From NCBI GenBank assembly GCA_951406725.2, contig OX597828.1, positions 20,212,001 through 20,276,000 of the forward strand: a DNA stretch of 64,000 bases, read 5' to 3'. The stretch's first letter is position 1, and each line of letters begins with the position of its first letter. Positions 12,518 to 26,763 of this stretch are shown here, piece after piece. This stretch comes from Octopus vulgaris. Taxonomy: Eukaryota. Both the position numbers and the translations under genes were made by a program. The notes below the pieces were generated by a model. It had not been told where the DNA came from. It was given only the letters and a program-made list of their open reading frames with translations, and ran no database searches.

Positions 12518-12973
12518 AATATATGTAACGCACATAAGGAAATAAATATACATTATTCATACAACTGCGCCAAACCCGCACCCAGACACAATCACAGTCA
12601 CACATACGCACGCTCGCGCGCGCACACACGCACACAGTTACAGTCTCTCTCTCTCTCACACACACACACACATGCACACACATGCATACTCAAATAAATG
12701 AGACTTCACTGCGACCTGTTCAGAGAAATTTAAATTACAAGCGGGCAATTTACTTCTTGAAATTAGATTTTCTTCTTCAAAGAGAATTGCCTCCTCTTTA
12801 CACCATCACTTCCACTACCAACCCCACCACCACCAATACCAAAATAACAACAACAACAACGACAGCGTCACAACCAACATCACTCTACTTCTTTTCTCAT
12901 CTCACCTCTCTTGGTGTCCTCTTCTTGATTCAATTGTAATAACGTGTAGGAAACGACATCTTCGTTTCCTTAC

Positions 12974-13031
12974 CTCTCGCCTTCCATCGGGCGGTCTCTA
13001 AGGTCACGGCAACTCATGATGTCCTTGTAAC
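12974..13031 (-). CDS. Candidate 58-nt exon of an unidentified host gene
   Basis: Acceptor ttcgttctgttacag and donor GAG|gtaagg; GC-richer unique sequence; only one open frame, YKDIMSCRDLRDRPMEGE, with ATG at 13017 (A at -3). Confidence 0.4.
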
Positions 13032-13315
13032 CTGTAACAGAACGAAACTTTGCTTCTTCTTCGTTCGACAGAACGCCGCCCCACCCAAATACATATATGC
13101 TCGCATGTAAACACACACAGACACACAAACACAAACGCATTCACAGCACGCACACACACACACACACATATATATATACATACTCATACATATAGTCATT
13201 ATATGCATACACATACACATACGTATAAATGCGTATATATATATATATATACGTATATATATATGTATATATATATATACTTATACATATATATGGCTAC
13301 ATGTATATGTGTGTG

Positions 13316-13366
<51 letters not shown>

Positions 13367-13417
13367 AATATACATATGTATGTTTATACATATACATATA
13401 TATGTGTATATATATAC

Positions 13418-13528
<111 letters not shown>

Positions 13529-13767
13529 GAGAAAGAAGGGGATTAATAGTGAGAGAAGAAATGTTTCATGACAACGTGAATATTTGCTTTTTAGATAGGT
13601 AAATAGTATATTAAAGAAAGAGAGATGGGGAGATAGGTACAAAGTGAGAGAGGGGTACAAAGAGAGAGGGAGATACAGAGAAGGGAAAGGTAGAGATAGA
13701 TAGATAGAGAGAGAGAGTTTGCGTTTGTGTATGTGAAGAAAGGAAGAAGTTGAGATAATTATTCCAA

Positions 13768-14415
<648 letters not shown>

Positions 14416-14652
14416 TTATAGATAGAGAGAGAGATGAGTAGGTATGTTTATATATATATATATGTATGTTTGTGTATATATATATATATATAGGGAGAGA
14501 GAGTGAGGGAGAGAGCGAATGATTTTTGAGAGAAACTGAGATTAAGCGAAAGGGAGGAATGAAACAGAATTTGAAAAATATATGCGATGAGCAAGAAACT
14601 TACAGAATAAGAAAGAAAGAGAGAAGGAAAGTAAGGAAGAAAGAAAGAAAAA

Positions 14653-14691
<39 letters not shown>

Positions 14692-15063
14692 GAAGAAAGA
14701 AGGAAAGAAAGAAGGGAAGAAGGAAGGAAGGAAACAAGCAAATAAATAAAAATTAAAGAGAATCAGAAGTGAAAGCTCGTTATTGAGGAAGAGTGAGGAA
14801 GGAAGGATTAAGAAAATAAAGGAAGGTAAATTGCGAATCGAAGATAATAAATAGTTTGGGAAACGAGTGTCGAAGTAAGTATGGAAACTGCGCTTGGAAC
14901 ATTTGCTCGATTGACAGATGTTGTGTTGTGTTGTTGTGAGTGTTGCGGAATGCGTGAACCTGAACATTTCTAAATTCACGTCTTCTGGCAAAACAGAAGT
15001 GAAAATGTGGTGTGTGCGCGTATGCTGCTTTGATGCCTAATACACACACACACACACATATAT

Positions 15064-15484
15064 ACTCTTTTACTCTCTTTTACTCTTTTACTTGTTTCAG
15101 TCATTTGACTGCGGCCATGCTGGAGCACCGCCTTTTAGTCGAGCAAATCGACCCCGGGACTTATTCTTTGTGAGCCCAGTACTTATTCTATCGGTCTATT
15201 TTGCAGAACCGCTAAGTGACGGGGACATAAACACACCAGCATCGGTTGTCAAGCAATGCTAGGGGGACAAACACAGACACACAAACACACACACGCATAT
15301 ATATATATATATACATATATACGACAGGCTTCTTTCAGTTTCCGTCTACCAAATCCACTCACAAGGCATTGGTCGGCCCGGGGCTATAGTAGAAGACACT
15401 TGCCCAAGATGCCACGCAGTGGGACTGAACCTGCAACCATGTGGTTGGTTAGCAAGCTACTTAGCACACAGCCACTCCTGCGCC
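15064..15484 (-). mobile_element. tRNA-derived SINE (family A), full length
   Basis: Minus strand ggcgcaggagtggctgtg...tgactgaaacaagtaaaagagtaaaagag; aligns with 11709 and 27949 copies. Confidence 0.9.
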
Positions 15485-15587
15485 TATATATATAAACATA
15501 TTTCAATTAACCTAAAGTTCGTTTATTCGTAATCACCGCTTGAAGATGACATATTTATATATATTTGTATATATATATATATATATG

Positions 15588-15648
<61 letters not shown>

Positions 15649-16056
15649 CCACCCAGCGAACACCCACCATGGGTCATCACAATTGCTTAAGGTAAAAATG
15701 AATTCCTCGCTCTTTCGGAAACATCAATCTTCTGTATTGACTGCTTTCCACCACTTTGATCTGTTTTTTGTATTGAATACGTATCGCCACCGTGGGCCAC
15801 TGCATCGAACACTTTGAACATATAGCATGAATGAACTTACTTCAAACTATATATCAACTATACATGAACTCTAAGATGTCTGACTCCGTTGTGTATTATA
15901 AATGAATTTCTTGTGTTTGACGGCATGAGCTGTCTTTTTTTATATATAACTTTTTTTGATAAGGTTCATTTCAGGAACTGAAACATGTTATAATGTATAT
16001 ATAAAAATTAAAAATTGTATAATATAGCAGCATTTTTCGAACTTCATTTTTTACAA

Positions 16057-16122
<66 letters not shown>

Positions 16123-16131
16123 ATGTGTGTA

Positions 16132-16830
16132 CGAAGGGGTTCCCACAAGTAATCGTAAACGTTCTCTGTGGGACAAATCCGTTGTAGTTCAGGCTTCTGC
16201 CGCTAGAAGCCACTTTATGCGACCCTCAGGCATCAGTCTGCCGACCGGCGTCGTCTGCGTAAGTCATACTGTCACATTGTGCGTCTTCGATTTGAAGTGC
16301 TTCTCTCCTGATCATCGAATTTCACGATGGCTGAAATGAATTAACAGCGTGCTTCCATGAGCAGCTGTGGGAAAACGGCAGCTGAAACAGTTGTCATGCT
16401 TCAAAAAGCTTACAAGGACGCTGCCATGAGCAAAGTACAAGTTTACGAGTGGTTTCTACGCTTTAGGAATGGTCAGATGTCGCGTAAAGACCAATCATGT
16501 TCAGGAGGACTGTTGACTTTCCGAACGAATGAAAGCATCATGAAAATTCATGAACTGATCGTGGAGGACCGTCGCTGTACAATTGACGAACTTGTTGATA
16601 GAACTTGTGTGTCGTGGTGGAGCTCCTGCCTATGAATTTTAAGCGAGGAGTTGCAAATGAAAAAAGTTGCAGCAAAATTTGTGCCTCTCTGGCTTGCGGA
16701 AGATCAATATCAGTCACGACTGAATACGTGTTGCGAACTGAAAAAAAAAAAAAACAGTTGGAAGTTGATCCGGACTTTTCTTCCAAGGTCAACACAGATG
16801 ACGAAAGCTGGTGCCACGAAATTTGCAGAT
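16132..16830 (+). mobile_element. Decayed mariner, 5' half (irritans-like)
   Basis: TA+cgaagggg terminus; GKTAAETVVMLQKAYKDAAMSKVQVYEWFLRFRNG..EDRRCTIDEL..MKKVAAKFVP..DPDFSSKVNTDDESWC with stops and frameshifts. Confidence 0.9.
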
Positions 16831-16983
16831 GTGTAAGAGGTGAAGAATAAAAGAAAAAAACGATGGCGACGTTGAAGTACTGCTATTTCTACTACTGCTG
16901 CTATTGGTGCTGTTGTTACTACTACTACAACTGCTGCTGCTGCTACTACTAATACTACTACTACAACTGCTGCTGCTGCTACA

Positions 16984-17057
<74 letters not shown>

Positions 17058-17544
17058 ACGTATCTCATTTAGTAGTCTACGTCTTACAATAAAGGTGCGA
17101 AATAATTATGTAAGTTGCCACGCAGCAAAATTAAAATAAGAATCATTGTTTCTCTACTTTTTAGCGAGCCTTTACGCATTGACTTTATCAGCTAAAAAAT
17201 ATAGCAATTAAATCTCTCCCTCAAATTGCACCCTGCTCTCTTGCAAAGTGAGTGGCACATTTTATAATGTAGTCTTAGATAACCAATGCCCTTGATAGAA
17301 GCTCATTTGATAGTAAGACTGCTCAGTCAGTATTAATGTATGGGCAAAGAAAACAAGTCACAGCAACGCCAACAACAGCAATGATAACGTTAGTTTAATT
17401 AATCATTAATTAGTTAATTAATTAGCTATTCAATTTATTGTATATGTTTAACGAAACATTTAGTCTCGAAGGTACACGACATATTTAGGCCTCTAAGGGA
17501 ATTATTCAGCATTAATGATTTTATTTGAATATTGATGGGAATAT

Positions 17545-17576
<32 letters not shown>

Positions 17577-17616
17577 GTGATAATGATGGTGATGATGATG
17601 GTGATGGTGGTGGTGG

Positions 17617-17662
<46 letters not shown>

Positions 17663-17912
17663 GATGATGATGATGATGGTGGTGGTGATGATGATGATGA
17701 TGTCGGTGGTGGTGGTGATGATGATGGCGGTGGTGGTGATGATGATGATGGCGGTGGTGGTGATGATGGTAATGGCAGTGGTGGTGGTGCTAATGATGAT
17801 GACGACGACGACGATGATGACGATGGTGGTGTTGGTGATGATGCCGATGACGACGACGACGACGACGACGATGACGATGATGACGATGATAATAATGTCG
17901 ATAATGACGATG
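17545..17912. repeat. (GAT/GGT/GAC)n compound trinucleotide repeat
   Basis: Direct reading. Confidence 0.95.
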
Positions 17913-18206
17913 GTTTATTTTATTTCCTACGGGGGTATCCGATGAATAGGACATTGAAAGCCACGTTTACATATAATAATGGCGGTTTACTTAAAACTGG
18001 ATGAAAATAATCGGGAAAAAAAGGAAATGTGTTAAAACAAAAAAAAGGATTGATTGTAGAAAAATGCAAAGACGATAAAATTCTGATACAAAACGTGTAA
18101 GTAGAGAGACTTCCATTAAGAACTAATCATGGAATACGACAATTCCAAGATCACCCTGGCTGACAAAAATAATTGCCGTCTTTCAATAGTTATACTGCAA
18201 AGTACT

Positions 18207-18604
18207 TTTCTACTCTAGGCACAACGCGCGAAATTATTATTATTTTTTTTGGGGGGGGGGGCAGTCGATTAGATCGACGCCAGTACGAAATTGGTACTTA
18301 ATTTATCGACCCCGAAAGGATGAAAGGCAAAGTCGACCTCAGCGGAATTTGAGCTCAGAAAGTAGCGGCAGACGAAATACTTATTTCTTTACTACCCACA
18401 ACGGACTATACACAGAGAGGACAAACAAGGAAAGACAAACGGATTAAGTCGATTATATCGACCCCAGTGCGTAACTGGTACTTAATTTATCGACCCCGAA
18501 AGGTAAAGTCGACCTGGGCGGAATTTGAACTCAGAATGTAACGGCAGACGAAATACGGCTACGCATTTCGCCCGTCGTGCTAACGTTTCAGCCAGCTCGC
18601 CTCC
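18207..18604 (-). mobile_element. SINE family B dimer inside a 17-bp TSD
   Basis: ttatactgcaaagtact (18190-18206) and ttatactacaaagtact (18605-18621) flank two SINE cores. Confidence 0.9.
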
Positions 18605-18639
18605 TTATACTACAAAGTACTGATGTTTCACTAGAGATG

Positions 18640-19140
18640 TCCCGTCCACGCTAAAGATTCTGTCACAGTCATTCACTTTTTGATGAATTTATTGATGAAT
18701 TTATTTCCCCATGACAGTCAGATGGACAGAAACTTCCCGCCCTTCCTGCGCTCTGGGCTGGATTGAAGGAGAGCTACAAGAAGGTCTTCACGATGGACTC
18801 GGTCGATAACCAGATCCGTCCTAGATGTGACAACAGCTTTTTGATAAAACGGCACAAGTCAATAATATCGCGACAGTGGACGAATGAGAGAAGAATGGTT
18901 TCGTCCCACCACGCGCTTTTCAGACAGTCCTTCACAGTTTGTCTCCAGCTTCTAGAAGCCTCGGTGGAAGTTATCCACTGTAATCTCCGAGCCTAATGTC
19001 ATCCAGAACCACTTGACTAGTTCTTCCTCGTCAACGCTCACAACTTCTCGCGGTCGATGTCATTCCCTTCCACCGTGAGTTATTTAGGGATTGCTGATCG
19101 CATTTCTCCCCTGTTAGAGGGAAGTGAACCCATGATGACA
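18640..19140 (-). mobile_element. Decayed Tx1/L1-type LINE ORF2 C-terminal fragment
   Basis: Minus translation VDEEELVKWFWMTLGSEITVDNFHR..DETILLSFVHCRDIIDLCRFIKKLLSHLGRIWLSTESIVK resembles the zinc-knuckle (ET..H....C) region. Confidence 0.55.
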
Positions 19141-21465
19141 TTCCAGATATCAAAGCTGCTGTTGTTAATCCTACCCCGAGTACTTCAACTACTACCGCTA
19201 GTATGACAGCTGCTGCTGTTGTTGTTGCTACTTCTGCTATTACTACAACTACTACTACCATACGTAACTCATTTAGATGTCTACGTTTCACAATAATGGT
19301 GCGAAGTAATGATGTTACTAGGGACACATAATGATGATGATCATCATCATCATCAATGTTCCCATTAATATTTAAATAAACTCACTAATGCTGAATAATT
19401 AGCCCAGAGGCCTAAATATCTCGTATACCTTGATCTAAGTCTGCATCCCCATCCATATCCGGTAAGTTGACCATCGCAGTCATCAATTCATCGCTTTTTG
19501 TTTGCTTTTTTCGATAAAATATTTTTTAAACTATTAATGGTGACATACTATGGATATCAGTGAGTGATGGTCGCTCTGTTTTCTATACATTTCTTGCTGG
19601 AACAGACTCTGGCCATCTCTCTAGCGACCGGGTGTTCGCGACTGAAGAGGATCAAAACTAGCTTGAAACCGAGCCGATCTTGCGATCTTGTCGTCTGCTG
19701 GAGAGTGATAGGAGTTCTCTTCCCTGCTTGCATTGTATACAGGCTGCAGGCTGCACTTATAACCAGCTGGTGGAAGATTTGCCTAAGGTTAAATCAGTAG
19801 TAACGCTGAAGTGTTATTTTGACGTGGCGATTAACTTTACAATGGATATATTTTCTCGGTGGACTTTCCTTCCGGTGAACTTTCTTCATGGCGAATTGAT
19901 GGCGGTGACCTTTCCTGCGATGAACTAGCGGAAGTGAACTTATCTGTAATTATCCTCATAGCAGAGACGATCTACAGATTGTTTGTAAGCAGTTCATCTT
20001 CAGCTTGATCAATTCGGTCAAGGTTGGCCTCGAGTTAAAGAACAACTATGCGACTCAGAAACAGTAACACAAACAGATACCACGGGCCAATGAAGGAGTC
20101 TGTACGCGGTTGCTAGATCTGATAAAAATAACAGCTAAACCTCTTCTGATCATATTCTATTGTTCAAAAAATTGATCACTATAAGCATCACCACCACCAC
20201 CACCACCACCACCACCACCACCAACAACAACAACAACGACAACAATAATAATAGCAATATTACCGGCAGCATTAAGCCCAAATACCATTAATACTATCAT
20301 AATCATCAACATTTACCATCATTAACATTAGCAGCAACATTACCACCACCATCACCATCACCACCACTACCACCATTTTACCACCTTCGCCACCACCACC
20401 ACCAACGACAACAATGATAATAGAAATACTACCAGCGGCATTAAGCCCAAATACCATTAATAACATCATAATCAACTTCCCCACCACTATCTTCCCTCAC
20501 CATCTTCACAACCAACACTACTACCATCACCACCACCACCACCACCAGCACCACCATCGTCTTCATAGCCGCCAGCATCAACTTCACAACCACCGTCATC
20601 ACCAGCTTCAAAAAACACTACCACCATCTTCACCACTTCAAACACCACCACTACATTCTCAGCAGCACTCGTCACCCCCGCACTACTCCCACCACTTCCA
20701 CCAATTTTGCCTTTCCCCATCACTCAGTACAACAACAATAGCAATAACAGAGGCAACACTAAATATGCTAAATATCATCATCAACAACAACAATAACAAC
20801 ATTGTTGACAACAGCAAATCTGCAACCGGGAGCATCATCACAACCATGTTATTCGTCACCATCATCACCACCACCATGATCCCTACCACCATCATCACTA
20901 CTACTACTACTACTACTACTACTACACATCACTAAAACTGATAAGAACAAAATTTACAGCAACAACATCAAATACGACTAAGAACGACATTATAAGTTCA
21001 AAAATACAAACGTTATCGCCGTCACCCTATACGTAATTACAATCATTACTACCACCACCGCCACTGCCAACAACAACAACAACAACAACCCCCACACAAA
21101 CATACCGCCACCACACCATGAACAACAACACCAGCAACATCATCACCGACATTTCTAAAACTAATAATATCCACCAAAAAAAAAAAAATTTAGTAGCAGC
21201 AATACCAAACATTACCATCAACAACCATAAGCGTAACTATACTAACGAAACCAGTAGGTGCCAGAGAAGCGATAACGGTGAATAGGACAATGAGAACTGC
21301 GAATCAATCACGATTGTTCTTAGACTGAAATCCTCCAAGATAACCTGTTAAAAGAGACCTATTGATATTCGCGCCATGTTAACTTCTCACAAATGAACAG
21401 TTGTACGCAATGTTTAAAAATGGAAGAAGGCAGTTCAACAAGTCTCTTGTATTATTCTCGTTAGC

Positions 21466-21536
21466 TTCGTAGATGTTAGATCGGTATAAACCGTCACGCT
21501 GCGACCGTTTTATACCGATCTTTACGCATCTTCGAA
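21466..21536. other. ~70-nt stem-loop in unique sequence
   Basis: 13-bp perfect stem agatcggtataaa/tttataccgatct, plus gtc/gac near the loop and basal ttcgtagatg/catcttcgaa. Confidence 0.7.
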
Positions 21537-21864
21537 TAGATGACAAGTAGTGTTCTGAATGCGTATTTCAGTTTGCGAGTGTTTGCGTATATTTGTGTGT
21601 CTGTGTGTCCGTGTGTCTGTGTGTTTGTTAATTTTCGCGTGGTTTCCTGCTGCGTGCGTGGGAATCGGTTTTAGAAGAAATACATACACACACAAACACA
21701 GACACACATACACACGCATATATATACATATACATACACACAAAACACGCATATATACATGTATAAATGTATATATTTATAAATGTATATGTATGGATAT
21801 GCATATGTATGGATATATAAGAACATAGATATGTATGCATATATATGCATATATACATATGTAT

Positions 21865-21912
<48 letters not shown>

Positions 21913-22098
21913 GTGTGTGTGTGTGTATGTACGCACAAATGCATACACACATAATGACATACGTAACATATACTCAGACATATACCCACAACCGCACACT
22001 CACACACTCATATATATTTATGCTTGTATAGATAATATATAGTTTCTATCTCTCATTTCATCACGGCATCAACAGCTGCTCCCCTTTCGTCCTTTATT

Positions 22099-22215
<117 letters not shown>

Positions 22216-22348
22216 TCTTCTTCTACACCATTTCCTCCTCCCTCTCCTCTTCTACACCACCATCACCACCACCACCACTACCACCACCAGTTAAGGACAG
22301 CAACAATAACATCATACAAAATAATAATTTGCATGTAGTGACGCCTGA

Positions 22349-22461
<113 letters not shown>

Positions 22462-22982
22462 TATATACATACATACATACATACATACATACATACATAC
22501 ATACATACATACATACATACATGTAAATTATCTAAATGGAAGCTAATCAGCAAAGATGTGCTTCGGTGTAGCAATACTAAGACACGTGTTTGCCGATTAG
22601 CTAGCGAATAAATTTACATGCATGCAATTAATACATTTGCATACATTAAAATTCGCTGTTGAAATAGAGGGAATGGTTAAAAGCATTGGCTGTCTCCGCA
22701 GAATGATATAAAACAATATATAGATTAGCTTAACCTGCCTTTGCAAGTGTACCAAAAGTGTTTGCCTCAACAGCTGTACACAGATGCATGTTACGGTTTT
22801 AGTTATGAAAAAAATGCGATGGACAACATACGATGGACAAATGATGTATTTTCAAATTAATTTTCGTTAAATAACTTTGACTTTATATATCATTTTAAAG
22901 CCCGTTTGTCGCTCTATCTAATCCTTTTGCTCTTTTTATTTTTAAATAATTAGGCCATTTTTTTCGGAATTTTGAATGCAAC

Positions 22983-23944
22983 ATGGACTAAAAGCAAATT
23001 CGCACAATTTTCTTATTCCATTCCAAGCTAGGCCGAAAAGCTGCTGAAATATCTCGCGATATCAACGATGCGTTTGGCTCAGAAACCACTAATGGACGTA
23101 CAGCACAATGGTGGTTCAAGAAATTTCGTAGCGGTGACGAGAGTCTTGAAGATGATAAGGGTAGTGGCCGGCCATCGGATGTTGACAACGATCAACTAAG
23201 AGCCGTAGTGGAAGCCAATCCACGCACAACTGTTCGGGAGCTTGATTCTGAATTAGACGCAACGTATACGACAATTTCCATCCACTTGAAAGAGATTAGG
23301 AAAACCAAAATACATGAGAAATGAGTGCCGCACGAATTGAACGATACAAAAAAAAAAACCCCGAAAAAAAAGGCTGTTTTGAAGTGTCATCTTCCCTTCT
23401 TTTACGCAACAAGAACGACTCGTTTCTCAACAGGATTGTGACTTGCGAAGAAAAGTGGATTCTTTACGACAACCGATGACACTCAGCTCAGTGGTTGGAT
23501 GCCGACGAAGCTCCACGGCACTTGCCGAAGCCACAGTTGCATGAGAAGAAGGTCATGGTGACTGTTTGGTGGTCTGCGGCCGGTCTCATCCATCACAGCT
23601 TTTTGGATCCAGGTGAAACCAGTACGGCGGAGAAGTACTGTCAGCAAATGGATGAAATGCATAAGAAACTCCGACAACAACAGCCAACATTGGTCAATAG
23701 AAAAGGACCAATTCTTCTCCACGACAACGCTCGGCAGCACGTCACACAACTGACCTTGAAGAAGTTGAACGAATTGGGCGACGAAACGCTGCCTCATCCG
23801 CCATACTCACCAGACCTCTCGCCTACCGACTACCACTTTTTCAAGCATTTTGACAACTTTCTGCGTAGGAAATGCTTCAAAAACCAAGACGATACCAAAT
23901 ACGCCTTCAACGACTTCATCGCCACCAGAACGCAGGATTTTTAA
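22983..23944 (+). mobile_element. Mariner (DD34D, Hsmar1/cecropia-like) transposase pseudogene, 3' end lost
   Basis: MD*KQIRTIF..TAQWWFKKFRSGDESLED..*VPHEL..IVTCEEKWILYDN..KKVMVTVWW..LLHDNARQH..HPPYSPDLSPTDYHFF; stops and a frameshift; cut by a repeat at 23945. Confidence 0.95.
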
Positions 23945-24344
23945 GCTGGTGTGTGTGTGGAAGTGAAGCCTTACGGCAGGGACATGAGAGACGACAGGTA
24001 TGGGGAGGAATACAGATGTTGCACGGTTGGTAGTCGAATCAAGAAAGAAAGGTCAGGCCGAATACCGGAATGAAACCAAAACTGAAGTAGTTTTGAAGCG
24101 AAATGGTTTAACCACACAACTAACCATATAACAGTTAGAAACATCCATATTCTTACAATGAATAAGCGTAGGAGTGTTAATTCCCAAATAGTTAATAGAT
24201 GATGTAATGCTACAAATACCAAACATAAGATATTGCCCTGAGCATAACAACTCAATTTTCTATAAAACTGATTCTTAATTCCTCGAAAATATCAAATATC
24301 TTCCCTTCTGTAAGATACCCTCTAGCGATTAATTTTTCTTTCAT

Positions 24345-24535
24345 ATATTTACTTGTTTCAGGCATTAAACTGTGGCCATGCCGAGGCAACGCCTTGTAGA
24401 GAGTAGTAGAATCAGCCACTATTATTTTAAAGTCTGGTATGCATTTTAGTGGCCTCTTTTGCCCAGCCGCATGATAATGGAGATGTACACAAAGCAACAT
24501 CGGTTATCATTCGGCGAGGCAACTAATACAAAAAG
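24345..24535 (-). mobile_element. Old SINE family A 3' fragment
   Basis: tttacttgtttcaggcattaaactgtggccatgc resembles the family A 3' end. Confidence 0.55.
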
Positions 24536-25189
24536 ACATACATGCGCATAAATACATGCATATATACACATATACATATAAATTCATACATATATACACA
24601 TATCAATGTACATTTCCTATGCGTACATATATTTCCAATGCACACATAAATACGTTCCCCATACATGCATGCATACACAAATATCTATTTCCAGCACATT
24701 CACACATTTTTATATATATACATTTTTCTATACATACATGCATGCATGCATATATACATACATGCATATACATACATTCATACATACATACATACATACA
24801 TACATACATACATACATACATACATACATACATACATACATACATACATACATAATACATACATACATACATACATATGTAAGTACATGCATATGTAGCC
24901 AGACTATATTCATATTCATACCAATAAAAACTGGAGAATTAGGTTTTGTTAGTAAATGCATAAAGGAAAATCTGGATAAACTGAGATTTTCAGAAAGAGA
25001 AACTGACCGGTTGATTCGTACATTATAAGTCCAATCCGTGAGTGGAACAGTAAAAATATGCAAGACTTTTCTTAAGTTCCAAATGTGATTTTTTCTGTGT
25101 TAACCACATACTAAGGACGGAGCCTTGTATCTTTGTTGGAAACCGGCTCCCTCCTCAGTAGAAAATTTATAATAATTAAAAAGATAGAC

Positions 25190-25297
25190 ATACATACATG
25201 CACGCATACATACATACATGCATACATACATACATACATACATACATACATACATACATACATGCATGCATACATACATACATACATACATACTTAC

Positions 25298-25328
<31 letters not shown>

Positions 25329-25494
25329 CATACATACATACATACATACATACATACAAACATACATACATACATACATACATACATGCATACATGCACG
25401 CATACATACATACATACATACATACATACATACATGCATACATACATACATACATACATACATACAGGCATACATACATACATACATACATACA

Positions 25495-25528
<34 letters not shown>

Positions 25529-25545
25529 CATACTTACTTACTTAC

Positions 25546-25576
<31 letters not shown>

Positions 25577-25598
25577 CATACATACATACATACATACA
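25190..25598. repeat. (TACA)n microsatellite, ~400 bp
   Basis: Direct reading. Confidence 0.95.
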
Positions 25599-25928
25599 TG
25601 TCACAAGTGTAATATATGAATTCATAGAATCGGAAGGCTAACACAGAAGGCTCCTCTAGCGAACTTGGCTAGCAGACCACACATTATTATAATGCAGAAT
25701 TCTATGCAGCTGGAATCCAGAGGATCCTATCAATGAGATTATTTCAAGGCTATAATTTAAGAAAAAACAAAAACAAAATGAAGAAAAAACTTAGGAGTTA
25801 TGGGAGATGAATAGATTTATTTAATCACATGTCATCCTTCGGATTACGGCCGTTTCGCCTTATATATATATGTTTACAGCCATGTAAACATAATTTATTA
25901 TACACTGACATTATTATTACGTGACAAA

Positions 25929-26146
25929 GAAGACGGCAGGCTGGCAGAATCGTTAGCAAGCTGGACGGAATGCTTAGCGGTATTTCGCCCGTCGCTACGT
26001 TCTGAGTTCAAATACCGCCGAGGTTGACTTTGCCTTTCAACCTGTTGAGGTCGATAAATTAAGTACCAGTTAAGTACTGGGGTCGATGTAATCGACTTAG
26101 CCCCACCCCACAAATTTAAGGCCTTGTGCCAATAGTAGAAAGAATT
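25929..26146 (+). mobile_element. SINE family B, full length
   Basis: ggctggcagaatcgttagc...gagttcaaatacc...gtcgataaattaagtaccag...ggccttgtgccaatagtagaaag. Confidence 0.9.
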
Positions 26147-26264
26147 ATTACATGATGAAAGCTGCGAAACGGCCGTAACGCGAAAGATGACAAATGGTTA
26201 AATTAATATATTCACCTCGCAGACCTCCTGATTTTTTATCACTTACATTCATACGTGCATCTTT

Positions 26265-26569
26265 TATCTTTCATCTTTTACTTCTTTCACTCATTACAGA
26301 TCGGTCATGCTGGGGCACTGTTTTCATGAATATTTAATCGAATGAATTGACCCCCGTACTTATTTTTTAAAGCTCGATACCTACTCTATTGAACCCTTTT
26401 GCCGACCTGCTAGGTTAAGTGGATGTAAACACACCAACACTTATTGTCAAGCGGTGCTGGGTAATAAACACAGACACATACTCATACACACGCATATATA
26501 TATATATATATAAATCTATAATACAAACAAATACATACATACACACACATACACACACACACACACACG

Positions 26570-26601
<32 letters not shown>

Positions 26602-26763
26602 CTATGGGCTTCTTTCAGTCTCCGTCTGTCAAATCCACTCACAAGGCTTTCATAGGCCCGAGGCTATAGTAAAAAATATTTATCCAAGGGTCCATGCAGT
26701 GCGATTGAACCCAGAACCATGTGTTTTGGAAGCATGCTTCTTACCACACATCCAAGCATGCGC
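26265..26763 (-). mobile_element. SINE family A, diverged
   Basis: Aligns with 15064-15484; a further head fragment lies at 27195-27309. Confidence 0.85.

Noticed and set aside
19560-20100. GC-richer block, possibly LINE ORF1 or an exon
   Set aside because: No recognisable motif or clean splice pair
20414-20935. His-rich 173-aa ORF (and Thr-rich mucin-like ORF at 43179-43496)
   Set aside because: Degenerate CAC/CAA/CAT repeats with a local ~170-bp duplication; no coding evidence
23495-23944. 149-aa ORF as a functional transposase or SETMAR-like gene
   Set aside because: Upstream part has stops and a frameshift, the first catalytic Asp reads as Glu, the C-terminus and right TIR are lost, and there is no SET domain
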